Assembly (NCBI GenBank): GCA_950097015.1
Contig: CATNEN010000031.1
Coordinates: forward strand, 2,046,001 to 2,110,000
Length of the DNA: 64,000 bases
Direction of reading: 5' to 3'
Source of the DNA: Macrostomum hystrix
Lineage: Eukaryota; Animalia; Platyhelminthes
A program made the position numbers and the translations under genes. Of the stretch, positions 1 through 12,040 are shown piece by piece (positions within the stretch are counted from its first letter, which is position 1; every line of letters begins with the position of its first letter). The notes under the pieces are model-generated. The model was not told where the DNA came from and ran no database searches. It saw nothing but the letters and a program-made list of their open reading frames with translations.

Positions 1-1171
1 ATGAAACGTTCATTATTCTGGATCGATTAATATTTATCAATTAATCAAAGTGGATAGTAAACGCTCCGGGTTTTAATTTCTACCATAATCCCACTCTTAG
101 CTGTGTTTGACCCCCCCGTTGGTCGAAAATGCTCGCATAGGCGTCCACACGGATGGCAGAATCGATGGTAAAGTACCTAGGGCGACAAAATGGAGGGATC
201 TCAAGGATAATCGGAATGGAAATCCGAAGGATTATTGCCAACTGTTCGTCTAGCGTTTGCCGAGACTCTTGGGAATCTCTCAGCCGATTGAGCTGAATAG
301 GATTTTCTTTGAATGAAAGAAGAAAATGGTTTTCTTTTTGTCAAGAAAAGGAGGAATATCCCCTCTCCGGTTCTTATCTTCCCTCGCATGAGTGAGCTGC
401 CGCCTACTTCTCATTCGGGAATTACACTTTTCTAAGCAATGCGGCCATTCGGCAGGTTTTCCAAGGCTATGTAATGAAACCTTAAAAAATTAAAACATTA
501 AAAAGTTTTTCTCCTATACGAAACCTTCACGGGCTTCTAGAATTCTGCAAATATTTTTAGTCAGAAGCTGTAAAACACTGGGTACAAATTCCTTAAGCGA
601 GACCGTCTCTGATACACTGACATATAAATATCTCTATCTATAGGACTAGGTATAGTTCACCCGTCGTAAATTATGGGTCATGCCAGACTTTATGATCGGT
701 AATTGCTTATTTATTGTTTTTATAAGCCGTCATTCTGTACTACTATGTTTGCATAGTAAGCAGTAGTATGCATGCGCATAGTGCAAAAAAATCCTGTATA
801 GTATACTTGGCGAAAGTAATGCAGTTTTCTTTAGCAAAAATATATGACCCAAATATTTCCGAGTTCCTGTCATTCTTTCTCTAAACCCCTTGGGATTTTC
901 TGGGTCTGGCTGGCTGGCTGCCAGTCCATCTTTGCTTTGCCTTAATTATGATTTTTTCTTCACCTTGCATGCGAGGCGGGCAGTTATTGTACAGGTTACT
1001 TTGCGATGATTCACACCTGTTCAAGCCTGATTCTCTGGCTAAGGATTTAGTTTTGTAGGGCTAAATTATGAAATTTGCCATCATCTACAGATCATCCACG
1101 TTGTATGCTCTACATCTACAGATCCTCAACCTTGATCGCTTACATCAGATCTTGAATCTTGAAATCCCCTT

Positions 1172-1450
1172 ATCTACAGATCCTCAATATTGAATCCCCT
1201 ATGTCTACGGATCCTCAATATTGAATCCTCTATATCTACAGATCCTCAATATTGAATCCCCTATATCTTCAGATCCTGGATCTAGAAATCCCAATTATCT
1301 ACAGATCCTCGATCTAGAAATTCCAATTATCTACAGATCCTCAATCTAGAAATCCCAATTATCTACAGATCCTTAATCTAGAAATCCCAATTATCTACAG
1401 ATCCTCGATCTAGAAATCCCACTAATCTACCGATCCTCAATATTGAATCC
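1172..1450. repeat. Minisatellite, ~38-39 bp unit (ATCTACAGATCCTCAATCTAGAAATCCCAATT-like)
   Basis: Tandem copies visible directly; degenerate copies continue to just before the 1531 acceptor. Confidence 0.85.
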
Positions 1451-1531
1451 CCATTATACACAGTTCCTGAAACTTGAATCCCCTTGATTTAAAGATCCTC
1501 AGTGTCAAATCCCCTCAACCCGCTCCACCAG

Positions 1532-4500
1532 TCTGCAGCCCGACCTGCACCGCTGAGGAGTTTGAGCAGTCGCCCTGCCTGGGCTCGCACAACCGTCGGT
1601 GCGCCCCGAAGTCGCAGCTGCCCGGCCTGTCGCCGGACCGGGCTCCGCACCAGGGCCCGGACGCCAACCTCATCTGGGAGGACCTCGCCACGGCGGACGC
1701 CGCAGCGTCAGCCTCGCCCGCCGGCCTCTCGGTCGACATCGCCTGGGACTCGGAGCGACGTCAGCAGGCTACGCTTCGCCGCTCAGGCGCCTTCACAATC
1801 GCCGTCACCCTAGAGGAGATGAGCTTCGGCGTGGAACTGTTGCCGGTGAATCATTCGGTTGCCAATAGCAACGCGGCCTACCTGCGCCGAACGGACCTGC
1901 CGCCGGGTCAGGCCCAGGGCAATCTCGCTAGCCGCTGTCCTTATCCTTTGCCTCTGGCCTACGTTTTGACTTCGCACGAATCGGCGCCAAATCTTCTGAG
2001 CATGGGCGAACTGGACAAGCAACTGCCCGGATATTCGCCAACCCTGAAGGAGTGCATGACCTACGAGCACTGGAACAAGCCGCCAGAGCGATGGAACCTC
2101 GGCTCCCTTCCCGGAGTTGTGTGCGCCGCGCCCTGCCGACTGACCGACTTGTTTAGCGACAGCGCCGACCTGTCTGGGCACGAGGGCACCCTGGTTGTCA
2201 GCCAGCCGTTCTGCAAACTGGTCAGCAACAAAATAAACTGGAAATATCTTAGCAGTCATGCGTTTTAAACCTATATTGGGGCATGTTTTCTTTTGCTGAT
2301 TCAAAGGCGGTTTCTTTCGATTCTTCGGCAGTTTCTTCTGATTCTTCGGCAGTTTCTTCTGACTTTTCGGCAGTTTCTTCTGATTCTTCGGCAGTTTCTT
2401 CTGATTCTTCGGCAGTTTCTTCTGAATCTACGGCGGTTTCTTCTGATTCTTCGGCAGTTTCTTCTGATTCTTCGGCAGTTTCTTCTGATTCTTCGGCAGT
2501 TTCTTCTTATTCTTCAGTGGTACTGATTTTTTCGACAATTCATTTTTCTGACTGTTTAGCAGAATTTTTCAGATTTTTTTAGAACGTCTTGTTGTTCGGC
2601 AGTTTTCTTTGTCAGATTTTCAGCGGTTTCCAGATCAGATTTTTAGGCGGCTTCTTAGTCAGTTTGAGCCTGTTTGAGTCGTTAATTTACACCTGCTAAT
2701 TCTATGCAAAAATGACAAAATTCTCACCACCAGCACCTGGAAGACTGTCAGAGCTGCCTGCTAAAGTGCAGCAGGCCGGTCAGTCACGGCCACCCGGCCT
2801 GCGCCATCACCACAGACGAGCTGGACGACGGCTGGTCGCCAAAGCTGGCCGAGTGCTACACCTGCTGCGCCAGGGACAACTGCACTGACGCCTGCGACAA
2901 ATACTACACGCCCAACTGCAAGACCTTCCGCTGCATGAACGGCACCTTCTTCTATTACACCATGCAGCCTGTCTGGGCGCCGGGGGCCGAGTCGTTCCAC
3001 TGTCACGTGACACCTAAGCCTGGCCAGGTGCTGTACAAAGCCACCGCCGTTGTCACCTACGAGCGGCTGTCTCTGAAGCGCACTTTGGCAATCGAGGCTC
3101 GCATTGACGACAGCGGGCGGCCGGGACCCGCCACCAGACAGTTTGATTCCGTGATCAACGCCACCCTGCATGCCGGGCCGCCCGACCAGCTGCCCGATGT
3201 CGTCGGCGGCGTCGGCGAGGGCAGCGGCGGCGTCCTGCACGCTGGCTATTGGCGCGGCGGTCAGGTCGGACAAAGTCTGGACAATGTGCGCATGGCAAAG
3301 GTCACTAGGTGAGTCTTGGAGGATTTGGTCTCGTCTTTTCTCTTATTCTTCATCGGTTTGCATGTCGATGTTTTCATGCATTTCTTCTGTGTGTTTTAAT
3401 CTGTTTTGGTCGGTTTCATGTTACTGTGCATGTTTGTGTTGCTATGCAGGTTTTTTTCGTATCGATTTTACTTCAGAAACTTATATATTTTTAACTTTAA
3501 GGAAGTTTTTTCGTCCGATTCTTCGGGAGTTTTCTTCGTCCGATTCTTCGGGAGTTTTCTTCGTCCGATTCTTCGGGAGTTTTCTTCGTCCGATTCTTTG
3601 TTGGTTTCTTCGTCCGATTCTTTGGGAGTTTTCTTCGTCCGATTCTTCGGGAGTTTTCTTCGTCCGATTCTTCGGGAGTTTTCTTCGTCCGATTCTTCGG
3701 GAGTTTTCTTCGTCCGATTCTTCGGGAGTTTTCTTCGTCCGATTCTTTGTTGGTTTCTTCGTCCGATTCTTTGGGAGTTTTCTTCGTCCGATTCTTCGTG
3801 AGTTTTCTTCTTCCGATTCTTCCGGAGTTTTCTTCGTCCGATTCTTCGGGAGTTTTCTTCGTCCGATTCTTTGGCAGTTTTCTTCGTCCGATTCTTCGGG
3901 AGTTTTCTTCTTCCGATTCTTCGGGAGTTTTCTTCGTCCGATTCTTTGTTGGTTTCTTCGTCCGATTCTACGGCAGTTTTCTTCGTCCGATTCTTCGGGA
4001 GTTTTTCTTCGTCCGATTCTTTGTTGCTTTCTTCGTCCGATTCTTCGGGAGTTTTCTTCGTCCGATTCTTTGTTGGTTTCTTCGTTCGATTCTTCGGAAG
4101 TTTTCTTCGTCCGATTCTTCGGGAGGTTTCTTCGTCGGATTCTTCGGGACTTTTTTTCATCTGATTCTTCGATAGTTTTTTTCGCCGGATCCTTTTTTTC
4201 GGGAAAAATATTTTTCCTTCGAATTTTAAATCTGAGCATTCGCAACGCCAACAACCCGCAGGTCCATCACGGTGTGGCCAGCCGCACCCATGGCTGTCAC
4301 TGCGGACCAATGGAATCGCACCGCCTGTTCGCAGGCCGACGCCATCCTGGCCAACATGCGCGGCGATGTCGGCTCATCCGCTTCCCTCAGCGCCGCCGAT
4401 GCGTCAGCCACTCCGGCTACCTTTGAGCCGGCGGCCGACCTGCAGGTGGACAAGCTGACCGGCCTGGCCTATCGGGTCAGGCGGCGCGGCTCGCAGCCTC

Positions 4501-7500
4501 GGCTGCAGCTGCACGTGGATCCCGGCTCCTCCGTGCTGGCCAGCCTCGGCCTGCCGGAGGCGGTGCTGGTGCGCAGTCGGCTCCGCTCCGCTGTCTACCT
4601 GCGGCCCGACGGCGCCTGGATTGTCGAACTAGCGGGCGGGCTGAAATCGGCGCCAGGCCGCTTCCGGCTGGAGGTTTGGGACCCGGCGGTAGGCAGCGGC
4701 GGAGCCAAGCCTAACCGGCTGTACAACTATGAGATCGGCCTGCGCGATAATCCCAAGTGAGGACCGCAGTAGCGACTCCTAGTAATGGCACATCATTTGG
4801 TGACACTAGACTCGCAGCCAGCGAGGAGGCAAATCTGCCCTGACTTTCTCATCGTCAGGCTGTCTGAGGGCCTTGGAGGTTTTGCCCTCAGGGCGGTAAA
4901 TTTTACGAACAAGACCCCAAGCCTTCTCTCCGCGTCGGCGCCCCAAATAAATGTGGCCTCGCCGCAGAATCGAGCTCGGGACCTTAGTGCGAGAGGCAGA
5001 CGCGTTTGACCGCTCTTTTGGTCCGCAGGTCCATCACGGTTTTACTACTGTATGGGATAATCCAAAGAGTACTACTGTATGGGATAATCCAAAGAGTACT
5101 ACCGTATGGGATAATCCAAAGAGTACTATCGTATGGGATAATCCAAAGAGTACTACTGTATGGGATAATCCAAAGAGTACTACCGTATGGGATAATCCAA
5201 AGAGTACTACTGTATGGGATAATCCAAAGAGTACTACTGTATGGGATAATCCAAAAAGGGCTATTGTATGGCATAATCCAAAAAGGACTATTGTATGGGA
5301 TAATCCAAAAAGGACTATTGTATGGGATAATCCAAAAAGGACTACTGCGTGGGATAATCTCAGGTAGGCACTGTGTGAACGGTGGAAATTAAGCCAGGTG
5401 TATATTGTCAAAAAATCCCTACATAAATTTCCCAATTTCAGATTTCAACTTCGCTTCGTAGTTCCGGGCCAAAGTGCGTCCAACGTTGATTACAATCGCA
5501 CCTTTCATCTGGTTGCTATAGACGCGTGGGGCACCGTGCGCATAGTTACGGAGCGCTTGGCCACCGCCTCCTCCGCTTCGTCCGCTTCGGCTTCAGCTGC
5601 TTCGATCCTTTTTCCCCGTTCTGAGCGTCTCCATGGCAACGCTGTAGCCAATCAGCAGGCGAAGCAGTCTGGAGCAGCTCCTTCGTCCGCTTCGCTGCCG
5701 GCCCTCCACCTCGGCCTGCTGGTGGCGGTCGCCGGGATCTGCCTGCTGCTGCTCGGCCTGGCCCAGCTTTGGCCGGCGCCTCCACCGCCGCCCGATCATT
5801 CGCCGAAGCGATCCCACCGCCTGCTGTTCCTGCTGTACGCCCTGGCCCGTCCCGCCTACCTGATTCTGTTCTCCTTCACCGCCCTCACCTTGTCGCTGTG
5901 TGTCCTGGCCGGACCGCCTGTGGCTTCGCTGCGCGTTCAGCTGGCCGATTTTCTTCGGACGGCTCGGGCCGGCCAGGCGCTGCGGCAGGCCGAACTGGCC
6001 GGACACCTGAGCTCCGAGCTGGCCAGGCAGTACGATCACCTGGTGCTGCATCGGCGCCTGTGCGCTGAGCAGCTCAAGCGAACCTGGCTGGATGTTGAGT
6101 CCAATTTGAGTAGCATGTCGGCCAGGTGAGACTGGAGATAAAGGGAACGAATGGGATTAGGGACTGGGGATAGAAGATGCAGGGCAGAGGCGAGACCTGA
6201 GGGATAGAGTGGAAAGACCTGAAGGTTAGAGTAGAAAGACCTGAAGGATAGTGGGAAGAGACCTGAAGAATAGAGGGGAGTGACCTGAAGAATAGAGGGG
6301 AGAGACCTGAAGAATAGAGGGAAGAGACCTGAAGAATAGAGGGGAGAGACCTGAAGAATAGAGGGGAGAGACCTGAAGAATAGAGGGGAGAGATCTGAAG
6401 AATAGAGGGGAGAGACCTGAAGGATAAATGGTAAAGACCTGAAGGATTGAGGGCTGAATGGCAGATGAGAGCGGCTAAAGGGAAGACTGCAGGGAAGCGT
6501 GGAGAGCAGAAGGGAAGGGTGCTGCACTGGCACACCTACTCTCCAGATACCTGGGCCGGGGCGAGCAGTTCTCGGAGCTGCAGTCGGCCGTGCTCCACCG
6601 CATGCAAACCGTGGCAGACGAGCTCAACTCCGACCTGGCCCAGTTTCGCAATCGCTTCAACGAGCTGTACTCCGAGTATGCTCAGCGCATCGATTCCCGT
6701 ATCGCTCACGACCGCGTCATCAACAGCTGGTGGGTGACACCTGTCAAGCAGCTCTATAATGAAGTGAAAAGGCAGCGCACAGCCAAGGGCGTGAGCACGC
6801 GGCCGTTTCCGCTCTGGTCCGGCCTGCAGCCGCCAAGCGGCAGCTCCGACTCCGGCGACAGTCCGCGAATATTCGCCCAGAATTTGCCCCGGCTGACGCT
6901 GGAGAGAATCAACGCCTCGGTTAGCGCCGGCCAGGGCCGCAACGGCCAGCCGTACAGGCCGTACGATGCTAGACAGATGCAGCACGAGTTCAGGCCGACT
7001 AAAAACGATTGGAACATCCTGACCGATCGGGGCTCGGGGCCACGCGGAGCCGATCCAGCCGCAGCCGGCGAAGGCGACGGCGACAGTGGCAGTGGCAGCG
7101 GTGGCGGCAGCAGCGGCTGGCCTGAGCTGACTGTGTGGCACCTGCTGGCTGGCAGCATCGCCCTGGACGCCCTGTGGCTGTTGCACAACATATTCGCCAG
7201 CCTGCACACGGCAGGCATGATGCTGACTGGGCAGCCACTCATTGTTAACTGCCGGTCGGACCAGGGAGGCGGCGGCAGCGGAGGTTCAGTCGCTAGCAAA
7301 GGCGGCCGCGTGTCCGCAGCAGCCGGCCGAGTGCTGAGATCAACCTTCGTGCCCAGGCTGGTTGGCGGAGCCGCCGTTCTGCTGGCTCTCTGGCTGCTGT
7401 CGGCCAATGTCGACGAGCTTGCGTCGCCTCGCTTCCTGGACGCTGTCGGCTTCTACGACGGCCTGCTGATGCCGGCCAGGGCCCGCCTGAGGCTGGTCAA

Positions 7501-8381
7501 CGCCGGCCTGGCGCAGCACGCGGCCCGCCTCAACAAGCTGGTGGTGCAGGCCGAGGAGCGGGCGGTCGAGGCTCGGCTGCAGCACTATCAGGTTTGCACT
7601 TTTACGATTGAGATTAAGTGTGTGCTCACAATTATCATCCCTGGGAACCAAAAACTGGGACTCTGCGAATGTCTGGGATTTTAAAAGGGTCTTAGTAACA
7701 TAGATGTCTGTTTAAAGATACTGAAATGTAAGAAGAATCTGACATAGGGTTGGGATCTGAATTAGCGATTCTGAGGAGAATCTGACCTGAGCATTCTGAG
7801 GAGAATCTGACCTGAGCATTCTGAGGAGAATCTGAGCTGAGCATTAATTCTGAGGAGAATCTGACCTGAGCATTCTGAGGAGAATCTGAGCTGAGCATTC
7901 TGAGGAAAGGAAAGGATGGAAAGGATCTGAAGAGGGAGCCAATTTGAAATGATAGTGGAACCGAATCCCAATTCAGGAGATTGTCCGAGTCTGGCACGCC
8001 TGGCTGTCCAGGCTGGCCGGCGCCCAGTGCGAGGCGGCCCGGGCCTACCGGCCGGACGCGGCCTGTCCCGATTGGCCGGCGGTTAGCGAGCCGCCCCGAC
8101 TGCAGCTCAGCCCGTGCCGCCTGCCTCTGGTTACAGCCCGGCCGTTCGTTGCCTACGATCCGAGCGCTGAGCTGGACGACGTTGTGGCCGCGTCCTGGCG
8201 CCTGCTGGCACCGACCAGACACCTGGCCGGCATCGCCCTGTCAATCATCTTCTATTTCTACGCCGGCAAGTTGGCCTGGAACCTGCTTGGGCCGCTGCTT
8301 TGGGAGGCCTGCCTCCGGCTGAAACTGCTGCCCAGACGACGGCTGTACCGTGTGCCGGTCGCTTCTCAGTGTCAGAACTGA
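1532..8381 (+). CDS. Large multi-pass membrane protein, 5'-partial (~1300 aa): TNFR-like Cys repeat, Cys-rich region, cadherin/Ig-like beta modules, DC-STAMP/OC-STAMP-like TM region
   Basis: Phase-consistent GT-AG exons 1532-2220, 2734-3308, 4262-4756, 5442-6125, 6547-7591, 7977-8381 (TGA). N-terminal CSPTCTAEEFEQSPCLGSHNRRC resembles a TNFR Cys repeat. Beta-rich modules (e.g. GRFRLEVWD, FHLVAIDAWG) precede several hydrophobic TM stretches. The splice model is well supported; the domain names come from recalled similarity, not a search. The first exon was not found. Confidence 0.6.
2319..2517. repeat. Intronic minisatellite, 21 bp unit (TTCTTCTGATTCTTCGGCAGT)
   Basis: About 9 tandem copies inside intron 2221-2733. 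Confidence 0.9.
3508..4170. repeat. Intronic minisatellite, ~24 bp unit (TTTTCTTCGTCCGATTCTTCGGGA)
   Basis: Tandem variant copies inside intron 3309-4261. Confidence 0.9.
4775..5015 (-). mobile_element. tRNA-derived SINE, family 1
   Basis: Reverse complement matches the copies at 47441-47780 and 48731-49068 (tRNA-like head, TGGCCTCG/CCCCAAG core, CTCCTCGCTGGCTGCG 3' part). Confidence 0.75.
5041..5363. repeat. Intronic minisatellite, 27 bp unit (ACTACTGTATGGGATAATCCAAAGAGT), ~12 copies
   Basis: Tandem copies visible directly in intron 4757-5441. Confidence 0.92.
6190..6450. repeat. Intronic minisatellite, 22 bp unit (AGAGACCTGAAGAATAGAGGGG)
   Basis: Period 22 (6301, 6323, 6345) in intron 6126-6546. 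Confidence 0.88.
7765..7905. repeat. Intronic minisatellite, 25 bp unit (CTGAGCATTCTGAGGAGAATCTGAC)
   Basis: About 5 copies in intron 7592-7976. Confidence 0.85.
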
Positions 8382-9949
8382 ACGCTTTTTTGCCTACTTT
8401 AAGTAGTCTAATTGAATTTGTACGTTTAGAAAATCCTGTTTTGTAAAAGTTTCCTAACTAGTATGTTGCATTGTAATGAATGTTGTCCAACATAGTCCTA
8501 GTGTATATTAAGCCCACACAAACACGCATACCTCACTTAGTTTTGTCTGCTAATTATCTATGCGCACCGATTTTAATATTTAAATTCCGTAAACGAAATT
8601 ACTGCTAGTAGTAATGTTAGGCTTGTAGCTAGAAATTATACTTTTTTACAGCTTTCTGTAACTGGAATCTGAATTTTACTGTAGTTGTAAGTCTTAAAAA
8701 ATGTATGGACCATTTTGATTTTGTTTTTTATTAAAGTACTCGTAGTGAAAAAAAACTACGTATTACAACTTTATTTAAAGCACTTTCCTTGTCTTGTTAT
8801 TTTTGTTTTTGTTATTGTTATCGCTAAATTACAATTTTGCTGCTGCATTTGTGGTTTCTGTTCTCTGCTCCATGCCTGGCTTAAATTTTCTACACGAGAA
8901 ATGACTGTACAGCCGTCATGACAAAAAGCACATTGTTTTTACGAGTTCTTATTTGCTATGCTTTTTCTTACAAGTAGAAATTCGAACGCATAATGCATAT
9001 CACACTTATACTACTAACAGAAACAAGTAGTATCAGTAGTGACATGAATATGGATTCTAATTTAAATTTTCTCTCATCTCGAATTAGGTGTTTTTAATAT
9101 TTTAAAGCAACCTGTTAGCCATACCCATAATTTTCCTACTCTTTTCTTATTTTTTTCTTAACAACAATGTTGTTTTAGGGATTTTGAACAAAGTTTTTTC
9201 ACAGATTTTCCTCAGTATTTCAACAGCTCGCAAAAATTAATTTTTTATCTACATGTACGCTCGTAAATGTTCAGAGCAGCAAACTATTATTGTTGAAACT
9301 GTTTTAATAGACTGTTTAAAACACATAAGAACCTACTTCTTAGTTCTGTTTGTGCACATATTATGTTCCGAATTGGAGCTTGAGTTTGTCCTTTCTATGA
9401 AGCTTCTAGCCTCATGGTTAGAGAATCTATCGGACTTCTAGCCGAGAGGTCGAAAGTTCGAATCTTCAGTACAAAAGTAAAAGTAAAAGCTGGCACAGAT
9501 TTTTTTGCTGAACAGATAAAAAACAAGGCATAGCAAAGCAAACAGCTTTAGTTTACTGGATTTCATATAATATTAGGAACAGTTTAGCATGCAGTAAAAC
9601 AACACAGGTGTCTTGCATCGAAGGTGTTATAAAATTAGAATGGCAAAAAAGAAATATATACCGAACAAAATGTAAGGAGGCCACACGACTGTCTATGGCG
9701 AACAACTTTAATTAATTACCTATTGTAACCGAACGTTTAACGCCTTTTTAAATGACAATAAACAGCTAGGAAAATCAATATATAAAAAACTATTAAAGTA
9801 AGACATAACAAACCGCATTCCAAACAGTCTACTATTGTAAGTAAGCGTAACTGAGCATGACTTCTCTAGGACATACATAATATTAAAATTTAGGTAAACT
9901 ATTTGCCAGTTATGCTATGACTCAGCCTAATGACATGTTAATTACCCTA

Positions 9950-10805
9950 CTGGCACTCTAGATCCCATCCTGACACTCTAGATCCCATCCTGACACTCTA
10001 GTTCCTACCCTGACACTCTAGATCCCATCCTAACACTCTAGATACCATCCTAACACTCTGGATCCCATCCTGACACTCTAGATACCATCCTGACACTCTA
10101 GTTCCTATCCTGACACTCTAGTTCCTACCCTGACACTCTAGATCCCATTCTGACACTCTAGATCCCATCCTGACACTCTAGATCCCATCCTGACACTCTA
10201 GTTCCTATCCTGACACTCTAGTTTCCATCCTGGCACTTTAGATCCCATCCTGGCACTCTAGTTCCTACCCTGACACTCTAGATCCCATCCTGACACTCTA
10301 GATCCCATCCTGACACTCTAGTTCCTACCCTGACACTCTAGATCCCATCCTGACACTCTAGATACCATCCTAACACTCTAGATACCATCCTAACACTCTA
10401 GATCCCATCCTGACACTCTAGTTCCTATCCTGACACTCTAGTTTCCATCCTGGCACTTTAGATCCCATCCTGGCACTCTAGTTCCTACCCTGACACTCTA
10501 GATCCCATCCTGACACTCTAGATCCCATCCTGACACTCTAGTTCCTACCCTGACACTCTAGATCCCATCCTGACACTCTAGTTCCTATCCTGACACTCTA
10601 GTTTCCATCCTGGCACTTTAGATCCCATCCTGGCACTCTAGTTCCTACCCTGACACTCTAGATCCCATCCTGACACTCTAGATCCCATCCTGACACTCTA
10701 GATCCCATCCTGGCACTCTAGATCCCATCCTGGCACTCTCGTTTCCATCCTGGCACTTTCGATCCCATCCTGACACTCTAGATCCCATCCTGACACTCTA
10801 GTTCC
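9950..10805. repeat. Minisatellite, 20 bp unit (GATCCCATCCTGACACTCTA), ~42 copies
   Basis: Exact 20-bp periodicity with recurring variant units. Confidence 0.95.
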
Positions 10806-10881
10806 ATACGATCAAATATAGAGTACATTGAAATCATCTCGGACACCCTCAATCCAGAAAAACTGTCCCTGTTCCTGTTCC

Positions 10882-11460
10882 TCAGGCCTCGACTCCGGTA
10901 AGCTTAGCCTGCTTAGTTAGCATAACGCCGTGATTGTAGAGTCTGGCAATGTTCACCTCGGATGTGGTGATCTGGTCCTTAATATAGTCCAGATTTTTCT
11001 CAAGCTCGGCTAGGTTGGTCTCGGCCGATTCCAGATTACGTTTTAGTAGGGCCTCGGCTTCGGCCAGATCGTATTCAAGCATGACATTGGCGCCTAGCCA
11101 GACGCCAACTTTGCTACAGTCGCTTACCGTAGCCTTAGTGTAGACATTGTCGGCTAACAAAAATGATGTTGTGAAGTCTTGGCCTCCGCTCTGGCGAGAT
11201 TTCATAAACTCAATGGCGCTTAGATTGTTAGATAGATCAGGAATCTGGCGACGCAGTCGAGACCGCTTCATAGAGAAATGCTGCTCCATAAATTTGTACT
11301 TCTGGTATAGCTCTTCGGCGTCCTTGATCGCCTCCTGAACTGGCTGGTCGTGATTGCGCTGGAGAAATGCGGCCACATCGTCAATGAACTGGCAGGCTGG
11401 GATGCCCGAGCTGTTCTCGTTTACGTCTTCGCCACTCCTGGCTGCCACAACTTCGGACAT
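10882..11460 (-). CDS. VBP1: Prefoldin subunit 3 (von Hippel-Lindau binding protein 1), intronless, 192 aa
   Basis: Characteristic motifs GIPACQFIDDV, LYQKYKFME, FLLADNVYTKA, KVGVWLGANVMLEY, DYIKDQITTSEVNIARLYN. Single ORF from ATG to TGA. Confidence 0.95.
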   Translation of the reverse strand: MSEVVAARSGEDVNENSSGIPACQFIDDVAAFLQRNHDQPVQEAIKDAEELYQKYKFMEQHFSMKRSRLRRQIPDLSNNLSAIEFMKSRQSGGQDFTTSFLLADNVYTKATVSDCSKVGVWLGANVMLEYDLAEAEALLKRNLESAETNLAELEKNLDYIKDQITTSEVNIARLYNHGVMLTKQAKLTGVEA

Positions 11461-12040
11461 GTTCCACTAGCTGGAGTAGAATTTAACTTTTTAATTTAAT
11501 ATCTAATTTAGGTGGTGACATTCTGCAGTATCCTTTGTGTATTAACTGAATATCAGTTACAAATAACCAGCAAAATCATCGTTTTGGATTGTCTTTTTAG
11601 GAAAAATGCCTAGGACAGAATCGGTTAGCAACTTAGTAGATTATATAACTAATTAGTTAGCTACTAGAAATAAGAAGATATGCAGTCTTTTTAATATTCA
11701 AATTTAATGACACTTTTAAAAAGTCAAGAACTAAAACAATTGGTTTTTACTAGCACTTTTTGTAAGTTTCTTTCAGACAAATAACTAAAGTTATTTATAT
11801 CGGTGAGGCAAAATTTCTTTAAATCGAAACTGAATTTCAATTTAAAGTTGAAACACTGTCCAACCAACCATATTCTAGGAATTAGCACTGGTAGCATCAT
11901 AGATAGTCACTAACATCATCAGGAAACAAATCATAGTTTTTCCAGCATTTTTGGTATGCTCTAAATTATTTTAACACATTTTAACACACTCTTAACCACT
12001 CAATAAGACCTTAACACCTAGAGGCCTCTAAGCCTAAGGC

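Noticed and set aside
2283-5435. SSDSS-, RRIGRRK- and TTVWDNPK-repeat ORFs
   Set aside because: Intronic minisatellite translations; the flanking exons splice in phase without them.
6536-8222. Antisense or alternative-frame ORFs over GC-rich exons (also at 20.1-20.7, 45.0-46.0, 49.8-50.5 and 56.3-57.9 kb)
   Set aside because: Shadow ORFs expected from GC-rich codon usage; no recognisable motifs or independent splice structure.
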